From positions 59,921 to 123,920 of the forward strand of contig CAVQMO010000004.1 of NCBI GenBank assembly GCA_963713605.1: a stretch of DNA of 64,000 nucleotides, read 5' to 3'. Position numbers and translations under genes: made by a program. The notes below the pieces were generated by a model. The model saw nothing but the letters and a program-made list of their open reading frames with translations. It did not search any database and was not told the origin of the DNA. The DNA is from an uncultured Nitrososphaerales archaeon (lineage in GTDB: Archaea > Thermoproteota > Nitrososphaeria > Nitrososphaerales > Nitrososphaeraceae). The number at the start of each line of letters is the position of its first letter. The stretch's first letter is position 1. This document shows positions 10,823-22,001 of this stretch, in pieces.

Positions 10823-11169
10823 GATGGGTTCGAATGATTCGCTGTATTTAAATATGCATCGCCTGGCAGTCGCAATATTCTACTCTTATTACTATTCGAA
10901 GTGAAAGAGCATCTTTTTTCGCTGTCAACTGTATCTCTAATAGTTCCAAGTCAGATGATGTATCACTGCTAGATGATATGATCGCCCCTACCTAATCATA
11001 GCTACGACTGTGAATATAATAATGTGTTTGTTCATGCTATGGTTATAACTATCAGACTAACAGAGTCTTTTATGTCTATTCATCAAATATGGAGGATATG
11101 TCAATCATAGTAAAAAAAGATAATAAAGAATATCTTCTTCTATGTTGGTCTAATAATATAAACAAAAAT

Positions 11170-11406
11170 CTATGTCGTATCTGTCAAACCTGTTGCTACC
11201 TCTGCGGTAGCAAATCTACTACCCACTGAATTAATCTTAATCTTTATGTTTGTGTCTCCTGCTTTAGCATTTTTTACAAAAATTACTAAACCTTCTATTC
11301 TTGCGATACCGTCTCCACCTCTACCTGTGTCAGTAACATCTACTGTATATTCTTTACCTGTTTCTACAGGTCTTGAGAAACTGCTCGTATTCTGTCCATA
11401 ACTCAT
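11170..11406 (-). CDS. Single TRAM-domain protein (archaeal RNA chaperone type)
   Basis: PVETGKEYTVDVTDTGRGGDGIARIEGLVIFV...FATAEV. Confidence 0.93.
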   Translation of the reverse strand: MSYGQNTSSFSRPVETGKEYTVDVTDTGRGGDGIARIEGLVIFVKNAKAGDTNIKIKINSVGSRFATAEVATGLTDTT

Positions 11407-11949
11407 TAAAAATCACATTAAATAGACATTACAGTAATATGAACTAATGTATTTACGTTAAAACCATCTCAATTCTAATACTTTGTCTGAACAGACATAC
11501 GGATATGTTAGAGTCAATGTTCTAACTATAATGACTATTAGATGAATTGTTCAGATGAAGCATGCATCTTACATCAGCAGAATTCAACCCGATAAAAGAT
11601 TATGCTATGTTTGACAGCACACGCGCGACTATGATGTCTTGACAGACGGCCAGTGATTTAAGATTAACTTAGTCTCAGGTATCGCTATTCACATTATAGC
11701 CTAATGGGAATGGGAACGATTGCGCCATCTAACTATCTGAGCGCTATTCTCGACGTAAACCTGCCTGCTTTTGGAGATATTCCAGTAATTCTTTATCATC
11801 GTCTTTATGTTCTATTCGCAAATAACGTTTCATTCCATTTAGTAAATCATTACTCTCAGAATAAATTGAATCATCATTTTTAGAATCATTTATCATAGTA
11901 ATAATTTACATCTATGATATAAAAGACTTTGAATGTTTACTTCAGCTCA

Positions 11950-12147
11950 GTTCCATCGAGGCATTGGTGTGGCAGTACTACATTTGTTAACTATGTTGTA
12001 TGGGAGTCTGCAGCACATTTTAAGCATCCATTTGATAGACCAGAATTTAGATCAAACATGGCTAAAGTTTTGCCCAATACTGTGATGTCTCCACATCTTT
12101 TCAAGAAAATAGCTGTCCCTGGTATCTGTGTAGACCGAGTTGAGTAG
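11950..12147 (+). pseudogene. C-terminal remnant of antibiotic biosynthesis monooxygenase-like protein
   Basis: GSTTFVNYVVWESAAHFK...PHLFKKIAVPGICV; N-terminus missing. Confidence 0.7.
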
Positions 12148-12260
12148 ACCGAGTCTTTATCAATTCAGACCATGAACTAAAATGAGACGATTTGGATTAG
12201 TTCGAATCAAATAATATGGTTTTATAGTTTGATAACTCTAGCATAGAGACAATAATAACT

Positions 12261-12809
12261 ATGCACGGTGAATGGTGGCTAGAAAATCCCACGCTATCGA
12301 TAATCCTGTTTTGTATCGCATTCTATCTGCTCTATAGAGCTTTACGTACAAAAAAACAATATAGGCATCATCAACACAGCGACCATAACGACATACAACG
12401 AGTAATTCTTGGACGCAAATTCATAGATACCAGCACCGGTTGGCTGCTGTTCACAGGCTTCCTCGTATTATCTGCATTTTCCGCGCATTTCCTAGCTGAA
12501 TATACATTTCATCTCTACGATATAACATCAATTGACAAATTTACTCATGGATTGTCTGGAATGGCTATCACTGCATTGATTTTGAATTTTTATTTGACGA
12601 GAAAGAGAAAGCTGTACTATTTTGTTTCGATAGGTGTGTCATGGATAGCATTTGTTTTATGGGAAGTCTATGAACTCGCGGCAGTGGCGACCGGTTTTGG
12701 GGGCGGATATATTCAAACTGAACCGATGGATCTTGCAATTGATTTGTGGGTAGATTCGCTTGGTGCATTAGCAGTTTGTTTTCTATATGATGAGTTTAGT
12801 CATAACTGA
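12261..12809 (+). CDS. Hypothetical membrane protein
   Basis: About five TM segments; DKFTHGLSG...WEVYE...DL..D pattern. Confidence 0.75.
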   Translation: MHGEWWLENPTLSIILFCIAFYLLYRALRTKKQYRHHQHSDHNDIQRVILGRKFIDTSTGWLLFTGFLVLSAFSAHFLAEYTFHLYDITSIDKFTHGLSGMAITALILNFYLTRKRKLYYFVSIGVSWIAFVLWEVYELAAVATGFGGGYIQTEPMDLAIDLWVDSLGALAVCFLYDEFSHN

Positions 12810-12899
12810 TAGGAACTCATTTTGATGTTATATATCAGCATACGCTGTGTTCATAAATGTTCGTATAAACAAAGTAGAAGAGTGTTGAATTATGGTACT

Positions 12900-12962
12900 T
12901 TACTTACTTGTTCCACTTATTTCCAAACCCAGATCACCGATTATTTCTTTTATCGTCTTCTC
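12900..12962 (-). pseudogene. 3'-end remnant paralogous to ORF 16383-16781
   Basis: KTIKEIIGDLGLEISGTSK* vs QTMKEIISDLGLETGQNK*, with matching DNA similarity. Confidence 0.6.
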
Positions 12963-13272
12963 CACTTGTAAAGCTACTGAGTTGCTCTGAACGTACTCTT
13001 TGGTGGTTCTGACGGCATTACGATAAGCCACACCACTTGGATTGGAGAAGTACTTTATGGACACAGCGTCAAAATATGGGTCCCCCTAGCAGAGGTTTGC
13101 ACTCAATGGCATATGACAGCGATAGAAAACTCGTGGTTCTTTTCGGAGGGGTTGATGAGTCGAGAGATTTTAATGATACATGGAACTTACAATAAAAAAT
13201 TCCACCTGAAATCTTTAGTTAATGAAGTAGAGAGAACTATTGAGTTATATATCATAATACAAAATAAAATTA

Positions 13273-13683
13273 ATGTCAGATTTCCAGAATCAAGAGGAAA
13301 ATGAGGTTTTAGCACACCGGTTTCATATGGATATGTTTCAAAAGAGAGAATTGTCCACTGCCGACGAGATTCTGGCGACTGATTTTGTTTGGAGAAATCC
13401 ACTAATTCCGTCAGAACTGACACATGGCCCAGAAAGTGCAAAGAAAATTGCTTCTGCTGTAATTGATACCATGCCAGATCTTAGAATTACACACGATGAA
13501 ACAATTTCTAAAAATGATAAAGTTATGATTCGTTGGACAATAACTGGTACAGCAAAAAAAGAGCTTTTCGGAATACCCGCAAGCGACAAACCAATAACTT
13601 TTGTGGGCATTGATCTCTTTCGAATTTATAATGGCAAAATTGTTGAAATGTGGCAGCAATTTAGTGTTGGTAGCTGGTCTTAG
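13273..13683 (+). CDS. SnoaL-like ester cyclase
   Basis: ADEILATDFV, MPDLRITHDETI..DKVMIRWT..GT, GIPASDKPITFVGIDLFRI.NGKIVEMW. Confidence 0.92.
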   Translation: MSDFQNQEENEVLAHRFHMDMFQKRELSTADEILATDFVWRNPLIPSELTHGPESAKKIASAVIDTMPDLRITHDETISKNDKVMIRWTITGTAKKELFGIPASDKPITFVGIDLFRIYNGKIVEMWQQFSVGSWS

Positions 13684-13843
13684 TAAGAATATGAGTACCG
13701 ACCGGGGTAACTAGTCTTCGTTCCGTTAGGAACGCCAGTAGGGGAGTAATGTTAACATTAGCACTGATCAACCCAATATGATTTATCATTATAACAAAAG
13801 AAGTTAAAGTAAAAATAAATTTATACCCCTCTTATTTTAGGGA

Positions 13844-14962
13844 ATGACATTGATCAATAATTCAAATGGCAACAATAGTTCTATCGATCAGAAAAATCTT
13901 CAACAATTTGCTGAAAAAGTTGTAGCCGATTTAGGAGGTGCTATCAGCGCTGTTCTAGTATACATAGGGGATAAACTGGGTTTGTATAGGGCGATGGCAG
14001 ATGCTGGAAAACCGATAACATCTCAGGAATTAGCAACCATAACGAAAACTTCTGAACGTGTCATAAGAGAATGGTTAGCTAGTCAAGCAGCAGGTGGTTA
14101 TGTTCTATACGACGCACAGACGCAGAGATATTCTTTACCCCCTGAAAATGCATTAGTATTGGTAGATGAGAACAGTCCTGTATATTTAATCGGTGCTTTT
14201 CAGAATATAACGTCTTTCTTTAAAGACTCTTCCAAGATCATGGAAGCATTTAAGACGGGCAGGGGCCTCTCATGGGGTGAACATGATCCAGATCTATTTT
14301 CGGGTACAGAAAAATTCTACAAGCCAGGTTATGTGTCTAACCTAGTTGCGTCTTGGATACCATCACTTGATAACGGAAAAGTACAAAAGAAACTGGAGGA
14401 GGGCGGAGCAGTCGTAGCAGACGTAGGCTGTGGACATGGTATTTCAACTATTCTTATGGCCAAAGCGTATCCTAAATCCAAGTTCATTGGATTTGATAAC
14501 CATCGGGCTTCTATAGAAAGAGCAAGAGAGTTAGCAAAAGAGGAGGGTCTGAGTGAAGAACAAGTTAGGTTTGAGGCTTATTCTGTGACTGATTATCCAT
14601 TATATCCTCAGACTAATGAACAGTATGATCTCATAGCATTTTTTGATTGTCTTCACGATTTGGGAGATCCTGCAGGTGCTGCTACTCACGCGCTAAAAAG
14701 TCTCAAATCAGATGGAACGGTAATGATCGTGGAACCATTCGCAAATGACAAAATAGAGGATAATCTAAACCCAATAGGTAGACTGCTTTACGGTGCTTCA
14801 ACAATGGTTTGTGTTCTAAGTTCAATGGCGTCCAACGGACCTGCTTTGGGAGCCCAAGCTGGAGAATCAAGAATAGGTAAAGTTGTTAGGGCCGGCGGCT
14901 TCAAAAAGTTCAGACGTACGACACAAACACCATACAACATTGTGTACGAGGCGAATTTATAA
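13844..14962 (+). CDS. Class I SAM-dependent methyltransferase with N-terminal wHTH
   Basis: IGDKLGLYRAM, ERVIREWL, VADVGCGHG, FDCLHDLGDP. Confidence 0.93.
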   Translation: MTLINNSNGNNSSIDQKNLQQFAEKVVADLGGAISAVLVYIGDKLGLYRAMADAGKPITSQELATITKTSERVIREWLASQAAGGYVLYDAQTQRYSLPPENALVLVDENSPVYLIGAFQNITSFFKDSSKIMEAFKTGRGLSWGEHDPDLFSGTEKFYKPGYVSNLVASWIPSLDNGKVQKKLEEGGAVVADVGCGHGISTILMAKAYPKSKFIGFDNHRASIERARELAKEEGLSEEQVRFEAYSVTDYPLYPQTNEQYDLIAFFDCLHDLGDPAGAATHALKSLKSDGTVMIVEPFANDKIEDNLNPIGRLLYGASTMVCVLSSMASNGPALGAQAGESRIGKVVRAGGFKKFRRTTQTPYNIVYEANL

Positions 14963-15140
14963 TTCAGACTAGAGCCATTTATATTAAGACGACTAAGTTT
15001 GGGGAGAAAGAAATGGCAAACTTAAAGAAAGATCTTGGCATGAAGCGGATTTTGAATGGAAATAGTATTCATCATTTTGTTACAAGCCCTAAAGTACAAA
15101 AATACAGCCAGACACTGCAAGATCTTGCTGTCAAAAAAAC

Positions 15141-15186
15141 TTAACTATAATAAGTAAATACAAGCTGAATTAACTATAATAAGTAA
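15141..15186. repeat. 17-bp perfect direct repeat, 29-bp period
   Basis: TTAACTATAATAAGTAA at 15141-15157 and 15170-15186. Confidence 0.85.
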
Positions 15187-15313
15187 CTTTTTCTATCGTA
15201 TATCATTAATCTATGGATTTCTGGTAGAAAATCAGTCAACCATTATTTACTTTGTTGTTTGAAAACTAAGCCGGTATTCGTAAATGACAAATTATCTAGT
15301 GGTGTTGGACTAA

Positions 15314-15538
15314 ATGCGTAGTATTGAGAGGAGCCAAACATTATTTTACGTACTCAGAAGTATTTCTGAGGGAAAAAATGAAGACCAGATTGCGAAAAGA
15401 TTTGATGGAGATAAAGTATTAGTAAAAACTTGGGTGGACGCTTTGAAGCGAACACGTCTAATAACTAAGAATTCTTTTAATGAGCTCGTCGTAACACCTG
15501 ATGGCAAAGATTATCTTGAAAAGTTTGATTCACTATAG
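15314..15538 (+). CDS. Small winged-helix protein
   Basis: EDQIAKRF...WVDALKRTRLI...VTPDGKDYL wHTH pattern. Confidence 0.65.
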   Translation: MRSIERSQTLFYVLRSISEGKNEDQIAKRFDGDKVLVKTWVDALKRTRLITKNSFNELVVTPDGKDYLEKFDSL

Positions 15539-15896
15539 CCACGATCAGAGGGTTTCAGGAATGTTATAAAATTGGTAAGACTTAACATAGTGTATGATTT
15601 ATTGCAGACAACTAAGCTCTCAGCTAATGCCATAGAAAATGATGAGATTTCTCAACCTATCGATATAATATATTTTTTGATCTGTAATTCGTGTTAAAGT
15701 TGTATTTTATGCTTCTAGCGACAATCAGGCTATTTGGATGAAACATATTTAGTATAGTCAGAATATTTGGTCAGAAGTTTACGTTGTCTTAAATGGTATT
15801 ACTTTACATCTTGTCATATCTTATCTTCACACCTACACTGACCACTGGACGGTCTGAACCATTGGAATTAAAGCAAGTATGATTAACACCAATCTA

Positions 15897-16106
15897 TTAG
15901 ATTGCATCTTTCACCACTTTGACACATGTATGCACAGTCTGGCCGACTTGTTTGATACATTCATCCACGAAGTCATTATAGTATGTATTACTATAATCAT
16001 TAAGTAAATAGAGCTTACATTCTCTGAATGTCTCTGCGTCAAACACCACTATCTTTCCATCCGATATACCAGATTGTATCTGCCGACTCATGGACGCATA
16101 TGTCAA
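15897..16106 (-). CDS. Small hypothetical protein
   Basis: 69-aa ORF with protein-like composition and no recognised motif. Confidence 0.4.
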   Translation of the reverse strand: MTYASMSRQIQSGISDGKIVVFDAETFRECKLYLLNDYSNTYYNDFVDECIKQVGQTVHTCVKVVKDAI

Positions 16107-16382
16107 TAAACTATTTAGATGCTTTTATCCTCAAATAACCAAGTTAGCTTGTACTCATTGCACTTAAACCTCCAATTAGATAAGAATATAGTTTCTTCGT
16201 AATACAAATTGGAACAGAATATTCCGCCAGGATATCACATGTCATAACTTATCGGTAAGTCATGTTGTTTGTTTGGTTATTTGGATCGTGGAAAGCAGTT
16301 ACTATTTCCTGAAATTGGTATCGACTTATTCTATCAAAGATCAAAGTTAGACGACAACAGATAGTTCAGTCAGCAGAAGTTC

Positions 16383-16781
16383 TTATTTATTCTGACCCGT
16401 TTCTAGACCCAGATCGCTTATTATTTCTTTCATTGTTTGCATGTCCGCACTTAAAGAAACAATCTTATTTTTAATTGATTCTGGCACTTCAATTTCCGAT
16501 ACAAACATCTCTAGAAAGTCTGCCACTTCGGACAACGGCATCTCGGCCATGTTTATGGTAAAAATTGTAGTGTCAATATTTTCTCTTGCTTTATTAATGA
16601 ACTCGTCTATCTCGGAAACTTCTCTGGAATTATCTGGTGTGGTCTTATAAATATCTCTGATGCATCTACAGTCGCACTCATTTTCGTTTGACCCGTACTG
16701 AATACAGATACATCCCGGGGCGCTACACCTGGCTTCACTATTGCCCAGTTTACATGAAAACACTTCAGTTGGCTGACTCAT
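16383..16781 (-). CDS. Hypothetical protein with Cys-rich N-terminus
   Basis: Seven Cys in the first 41 aa (CICIQ, CDCRC) and an acidic C-terminal domain; a remnant paralog at 12900 supports coding. Confidence 0.65.
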   Translation of the reverse strand: MSQPTEVFSCKLGNSEARCSAPGCICIQYGSNENECDCRCIRDIYKTTPDNSREVSEIDEFINKARENIDTTIFTINMAEMPLSEVADFLEMFVSEIEVPESIKNKIVSLSADMQTMKEIISDLGLETGQNK

Positions 16782-16849
16782 CTATAATACGTTGAGAAGT
16801 TTTGCGACAAAATATTTTAGTGTTATCTTTATTGCATCAATAGAATTTT

Positions 16850-17221
16850 TCATATGATGATGTGATGTTTAATAGCGCAGTCTTTATGATAATAATGTCT
16901 TGGTCGACCGCTGGTTACAACGGCATGATCAGAATGTGCATGTGACAACAAAACTGCGTCTACATCGAGTTCTAATATCTCCCGTTCAGCCATCCTCATC
17001 AAATCATCCCTATAAAGTCCTTTAATATCTGGTAAAAGTCTCATAGTGAGAAAATCTTCTATTCCATTTGCTACTCGTGGATTGATATATTCCTCAAAGA
17101 ACTTGGCCCTTCTACTAAAGCCCTTACCAAAATCCAGAAAGACCCTAGTATCTTTATCCTCTAAAAGAATCTTGTTTCCTCCTATTTCATTTACTCCGCC
17201 GTAAAAGGTGAGACTTGTCAA
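16850..17221 (-). pseudogene. Truncated MBL-fold (RNase J/beta-CASP-like) metallo-hydrolase fused to an unrelated tail
   Basis: LTFYGGVNEIGGNKILLED...LDFG...LLSHAHSDH, then an abrupt switch to VVTSGRPRHYYHKDCA near 16921. Confidence 0.85.
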
Positions 17222-17720
17222 GAAATAGTATGAATCAGCGTAAATCATAAATGTGTTGGCACATTTCTGTTCTGCTCTATCATATCTATATTATGAGTTC
17301 TTTTATCGTCTGAGACAGACAAAATTTATGGTTCAAGCATAACATCACTATTGACGTCATAGAATGCATTTCAAATGCTGTTGAGGCATTAACATTTGCT
17401 TGTTCTCTTTGTGCTATGCTTCCAGTTGTATTAGTTTAGTTCATAAGATTAAATTCGTTTAGTCGTAATAGCACGACAAAATGAGTGTGAGATGTGTCAT
17501 TTTTTGAAAATCTGTTTTGATTAGTGTTTAGGTTCTAAACTCAATAGCAGAAGAAGATGAAATTCTTAGATTTCAAAAAAATATTAAGCCAATTTATAAT
17601 CGTATTCAATTTCACTGCATTCTCTTAGTTCCTATTCAAGTTATTTCCTTGTGCTTTTCCTTCCTGAATAGTATTAAGATTGGATTTGGCAGTTAGCAGT
17701 TGTACAACATTAGCTAATCC

Positions 17721-17726
17721 TTATAA
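17721..17726 (+). promoter_or_regulatory. TATA box of the nurA-herA operon (probably leaderless)
   Basis: TTATAA 24-29 nt upstream of ATG 17750. Confidence 0.55.
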
Positions 17727-17749
17727 TCATATACTTCAAAATAGAGCTA

Positions 17750-19684
17750 ATGCCTCTACAGGATCCAGATAAGCTTATCAGAGTAGTTCAAGATTCTACA
17801 AGAAATCTTTTACATTCGTTTCGTGACAAGGCAAACGCTCTCCATGATCGTTCAGAAGATATTAGATTACTGATTAGAGAAGGATACAACAAGGAAATAG
17901 CGTATGGAACTGCACTAAATCTATTTGGCAAGGATACCACTTCGTTCCTGGCAATAGATGGAACCGAATCTCAAGACCAACAATTGGATATGATGATATT
18001 TTATGCAGGAGCCTTCGGCTATATAGGTAAGTTGCACTTTAATGATTCTACAAACGGCTGTAGATTTGATGAACCGCTTCCTATAGAAGGTAGTCTAGGT
18101 CTCTCTACAACAGTATCTATTCACGAACAAGACTCTGCAAGTGTAGCCGGTAAGCTAACTGAAGGAGGAGTTGAAGTTGAATCAGAACGATTACCCAGTA
18201 CACTTATGCAGTTATCAGAATACTATATGGCTGTTAAGACAATTCATGAGAATCCTAGTATACAAATAGTTATCCTCGACAGAACGCTTGCAGGAGATTT
18301 TGCTCATTTGATTTGGAGCGTCGCCAAAACTATGGAAGAGGATGGATCTTGTATACTCCAAGGAAAGGATACGAAGTATGGCAAGGTAACAGGCCTTGAT
18401 CTGGAGCTTACGAGAATGCTTCGTGCAAATGAAGACCTTAAAATACCATCTGCTAGGAGCCAATTGATCAAATATGCAGCGATAAATAAACTGCTGCAAA
18501 GCCAGGATCAAGAACTTGGAGAAGATAGTACGCTGGTATCAAGATCGCAAAGGGTTATGGATAAAAGAATATCGGATAAAGACCTACTAACGGCAATTGG
18601 GGCTGACAGAAATCGACTCGACAAACTACAGAAGGACATGGCAAAGCTCAATAAACGTTATTCTTTCCTTGATGGAGATCAGATGTATTCCCTGAAATCA
18701 CACATATCTGGATACTGGGAACGAGTCTTTTCGGCAGCAATGGAGGTTTGTGATCATATTTTCAATACTCCGGCTAACGAACATCCGCTAATACTCAGTG
18801 ATCCACAAAATATTGGGAATGCACGCTGGATCACTGTTAGTGATATTGATTATTTGATACTTGTTATGATTTATGCTTTGTTACACGCGGCATGGGAGAA
18901 AAATATTCTCGTAATAGGAATTATCAAAGATATATCAGCAGCAGAGATGACGAAGACAGTCATCCCTATACTTCAAAGCACTGGCATAATAGCTCTGAAA
19001 AGCAAATTTCCATCCCTAAATAGCGACAAATCTTTCTTGCAGACTGCTAGTATAGTCAATGCGAAAAGCATGGCTGCACCCTGGAGGACATTTGAATTTG
19101 ACGCTTGCTTTAGAACAGTTGTTCCTCCACATGTACATACTTTAGATAAGATATTTCCAGCTCAAGATATGCAGGACAATAAGATTGAGCATGAAGTAAA
19201 TGTCACTGGTGCTTTCAAAAATCTCATTTCAGAAGAGAGGATGTTTGTCAAATCATATATTCAACTCTGGTCTAGCAAAAATGATCCATCAGTACGAAGT
19301 CATGTATTCTCGTATGATAGACCATGCTATCCAAGATTTGACTTAAAGAAAGAATTAACTCTAATTCACAGAGACGGTAAGGTAATCGAGAGGATTGAAC
19401 CCATACTCCATTTCAAAGAAGACGCTGATCTATCCCACCTTGTAATGGACATCCTCTGTTCTATGTCTTCAGAGGTAATCCCAGAATGCTTAGGTCATAA
19501 TTACCCGTTATTCTTAGCAGACAAAAAGGCCAAGTCGGTACTAGAGGAAACTAGAAGAGCTTACTTATCTGCCGTATCTTTTGAAATGGCAAATAGTGAG
19601 TTCAACCAGCAAATACTATACGATACCCGGTTCAGAGAATATAGATCACAGGTGGAATCATTAAGGAGGAGCAAGAACATTTGA
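17750..19684 (+). CDS. nurA: Large NurA-family nuclease (644 aa)
   Basis: FLAIDGTE, VILDRTL, IGIIKD and C-terminal GHNYPLFLADKKAK match NurA RNase H-like motifs; overlaps herA. Confidence 0.8.
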   Translation: MPLQDPDKLIRVVQDSTRNLLHSFRDKANALHDRSEDIRLLIREGYNKEIAYGTALNLFGKDTTSFLAIDGTESQDQQLDMMIFYAGAFGYIGKLHFNDSTNGCRFDEPLPIEGSLGLSTTVSIHEQDSASVAGKLTEGGVEVESERLPSTLMQLSEYYMAVKTIHENPSIQIVILDRTLAGDFAHLIWSVAKTMEEDGSCILQGKDTKYGKVTGLDLELTRMLRANEDLKIPSARSQLIKYAAINKLLQSQDQELGEDSTLVSRSQRVMDKRISDKDLLTAIGADRNRLDKLQKDMAKLNKRYSFLDGDQMYSLKSHISGYWERVFSAAMEVCDHIFNTPANEHPLILSDPQNIGNARWITVSDIDYLILVMIYALLHAAWEKNILVIGIIKDISAAEMTKTVIPILQSTGIIALKSKFPSLNSDKSFLQTASIVNAKSMAAPWRTFEFDACFRTVVPPHVHTLDKIFPAQDMQDNKIEHEVNVTGAFKNLISEERMFVKSYIQLWSSKNDPSVRSHVFSYDRPCYPRFDLKKELTLIHRDGKVIERIEPILHFKEDADLSHLVMDILCSMSSEVIPECLGHNYPLFLADKKAKSVLEETRRAYLSAVSFEMANSEFNQQILYDTRFREYRSQVESLRRSKNI

Positions 19685-21544
19685 CTGAAACTGCAAGCGA
19701 AGGGAAAATGTCCAAAAAAATTGATGATCTATTTGATTCTCTTAATGGCAACTTTATTGCACGGTTAAGAGAAATATATTTGAACACTAGGATAACTGCA
19801 GATGGAAAAGCGACGATTACGTTTAGAACCGCAAGAATAGAGGCAGTATATTCACCAGATATCGTCAAGCAGATAGAGGCAGGTAGACTCATAGCAATTC
19901 CGAATGTTATGTCAGTTGGTACAAATAGCGTATATTCGATCTATGAGGTGGCCGATGTATATCCTATGCACTACAGTATGTTGACATTGGATAAGAGCCA
20001 ACCTGGAGCCATTCGTAATGAGTTTATGACATTAATCGAAAATGAGTGGCAAACTATCTCAAAAAGTACATGGATAGAGATTGTTGCAGCTCCCACCGGT
20101 TATATTGTCGCATTGGATAACGACATACCAAGTGAACCGAAATTCATCAGGAAGAGTAATGCCCCACTAATAGGATCTCGGGTATACATGCTAAACAAAG
20201 AAACTATTCAAAAATTTATTTGCTATACGCCTAAGGGAGAGGATCTATTAGAAAATTATGATATTGGTTATCTTCTGGGTGTCACAGAAGAACAAGTACC
20301 TTTTACAGTAAACATAGAAAAACTTCTGCATTATCACGTAGGCGTATTTGCATTTACAGGGTCTGGTAAGAGTAACCTTACATCACTTGTATTGAGAAAA
20401 TCAGTTAATTCACTTCCAAATATGAAATTTGTAATATTTGACATATCTTCAGAATACGGCATCAACATTCTCGATTTACTAAAATCTATTCCAAGTCGAG
20501 TCATATTTACAGATGAACTAAGAGGAAAGGATATTGCTGAAAAAGCTAAAGACTATCTTAGGAGGCATGTAATTCCGGAGACATTAGAGGATGTGAATGA
20601 TGCACTTCCTGCGTTAATTGAAGAAACGATCAGACAGAATAAGATAAAGAAAATTTTCATACAGTCAGAATCAGAACAGGGACTTCAGGGGATAACTAGT
20701 TACGGAGGTCTATTGGGAACCCTCGCTGATCTTGCAGGTGAGAAATATGGTGCAGCTGCTCAGAAAATCTTGATTCCAACCATTGCGGGAATGATAAGAA
20801 AGTTCATGGTTGACAATAAAATTGAGGATGAATCAACGGCGATTGGTAAGGAGATAATGCCTTTGATAGAGTCAGTAGAAAGTCTGTTGGCTGGCAGCTA
20901 AGCTACGACAGGATGCAGCATTAATTTCTATATTCAATAATCTAAAACTCGTGCTAGATAATCCTACTCAGAGGGATTTTGGTGACTATAATTCAACAAG
21001 ACTAGTAAGAGAAATCATGGATGATAGTAAAGACTCGCCAAGGATCTTTGTAATCAATCTTCCTGAAGCCGATACTGCGAGAACATTTTGCGCAGAGATC
21101 ATCAATAGAGTATTTAGATATAGAAAAAATAGCTTTACTCTTCAACCAAAGATTGCCTTTGTCTTTGATGAGGCACAAGAATTTATTCCATACGATAAGA
21201 AAAAAGAAGATGGAACAGAATATTCTAGCAGAGCTGTAGAAAAGTTACTCAGACATGGACGTAAGTACAACTTACATGGATGGATATCTACACAAAGAAT
21301 CGCTCATCTCAATACAAATGCACTTCAGCAGCTTCACAGTTATTTTGTAAGTACAATGCCAAGACCATATGACAGACAACTGATATCAGACACATTTGCA
21401 ATTGACGATGCATTCATGGATAGAACGTTGACATTTCAAAATGGAGACTGGCTTATGGCAAGCTTCAAAGCAACGAACACACAAAATGTTCCAGTCTTCT
21501 TTCATGCTATCAATAATGAAGGATATATAGTTGATAGGAAATGA
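19681..21544 (+). CDS. herA: HerA/FtsK-family ATPase, split by a single-base frameshift near 20893
   Basis: N-terminal HAS-barrel-like region; Walker [14 protein letters not shown]; Walker [16 protein letters not shown] arginine finger; STQR. Removing one G at about 20893 joins ESLLA to [24 protein letters not shown]. Confidence 0.9.
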
Positions 21545-21987
21545 GACTTACGAATGACGATCTCATAATGCCTGCTAGTACAAGGAAGATCTACATAACA
21601 CATTGTTCCGCCAAGAAAGATCCAGTTTTGATGGATAACAAGAATAGGGTTACCCCCGATAGGTTATACACAGCGACTCCTACTCAACGATTTATGAGTG
21701 AATGCAAGAACAAGGGAGTTAATTGGGCGATATTCTCTGACAAGTACGGTATATGGTTTTCAAATGATCTACATGAATGGTACGATAAGAATCCAAACAG
21801 GGTTACTACAGATGAATTTAACCAGCTAGTTCGTAAATTTGATAGGTCTCTCTCACGATTTGATGAAATTTATTTTTATCATAATCCAGGCAGGTTTCAC
21901 AAGCTATACAAGAGACTCTTAAAGAGCAGTGAATTGAGGGCTAAGATAAAGTTAGTTACTCATCTTAATGAAATCACCAATCAGTAA
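21541..21987 (+). CDS. DUF6884-like protein
   Basis: IYITHCSAKK...PDRLY...F...WAIFSDKYG...WYD pattern; ATGA overlap with herA stop. Confidence 0.65.
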   Translation: MRLTNDDLIMPASTRKIYITHCSAKKDPVLMDNKNRVTPDRLYTATPTQRFMSECKNKGVNWAIFSDKYGIWFSNDLHEWYDKNPNRVTTDEFNQLVRKFDRSLSRFDEIYFYHNPGRFHKLYKRLLKSSELRAKIKLVTHLNEITNQ

Positions 21988-22001
21988 GGGGTGCTTATGC
22001 T

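Noticed and set aside
15141..15186. CRISPR array
   Set aside because: Only two 17-bp copies with a 12-bp spacer, and no cas genes.
17750..19684. Prokaryotic Argonaute/PIWI
   Set aside because: The motifs and adjacency to HerA fit NurA; no MID/PAZ features or PIWI signatures were recognised.
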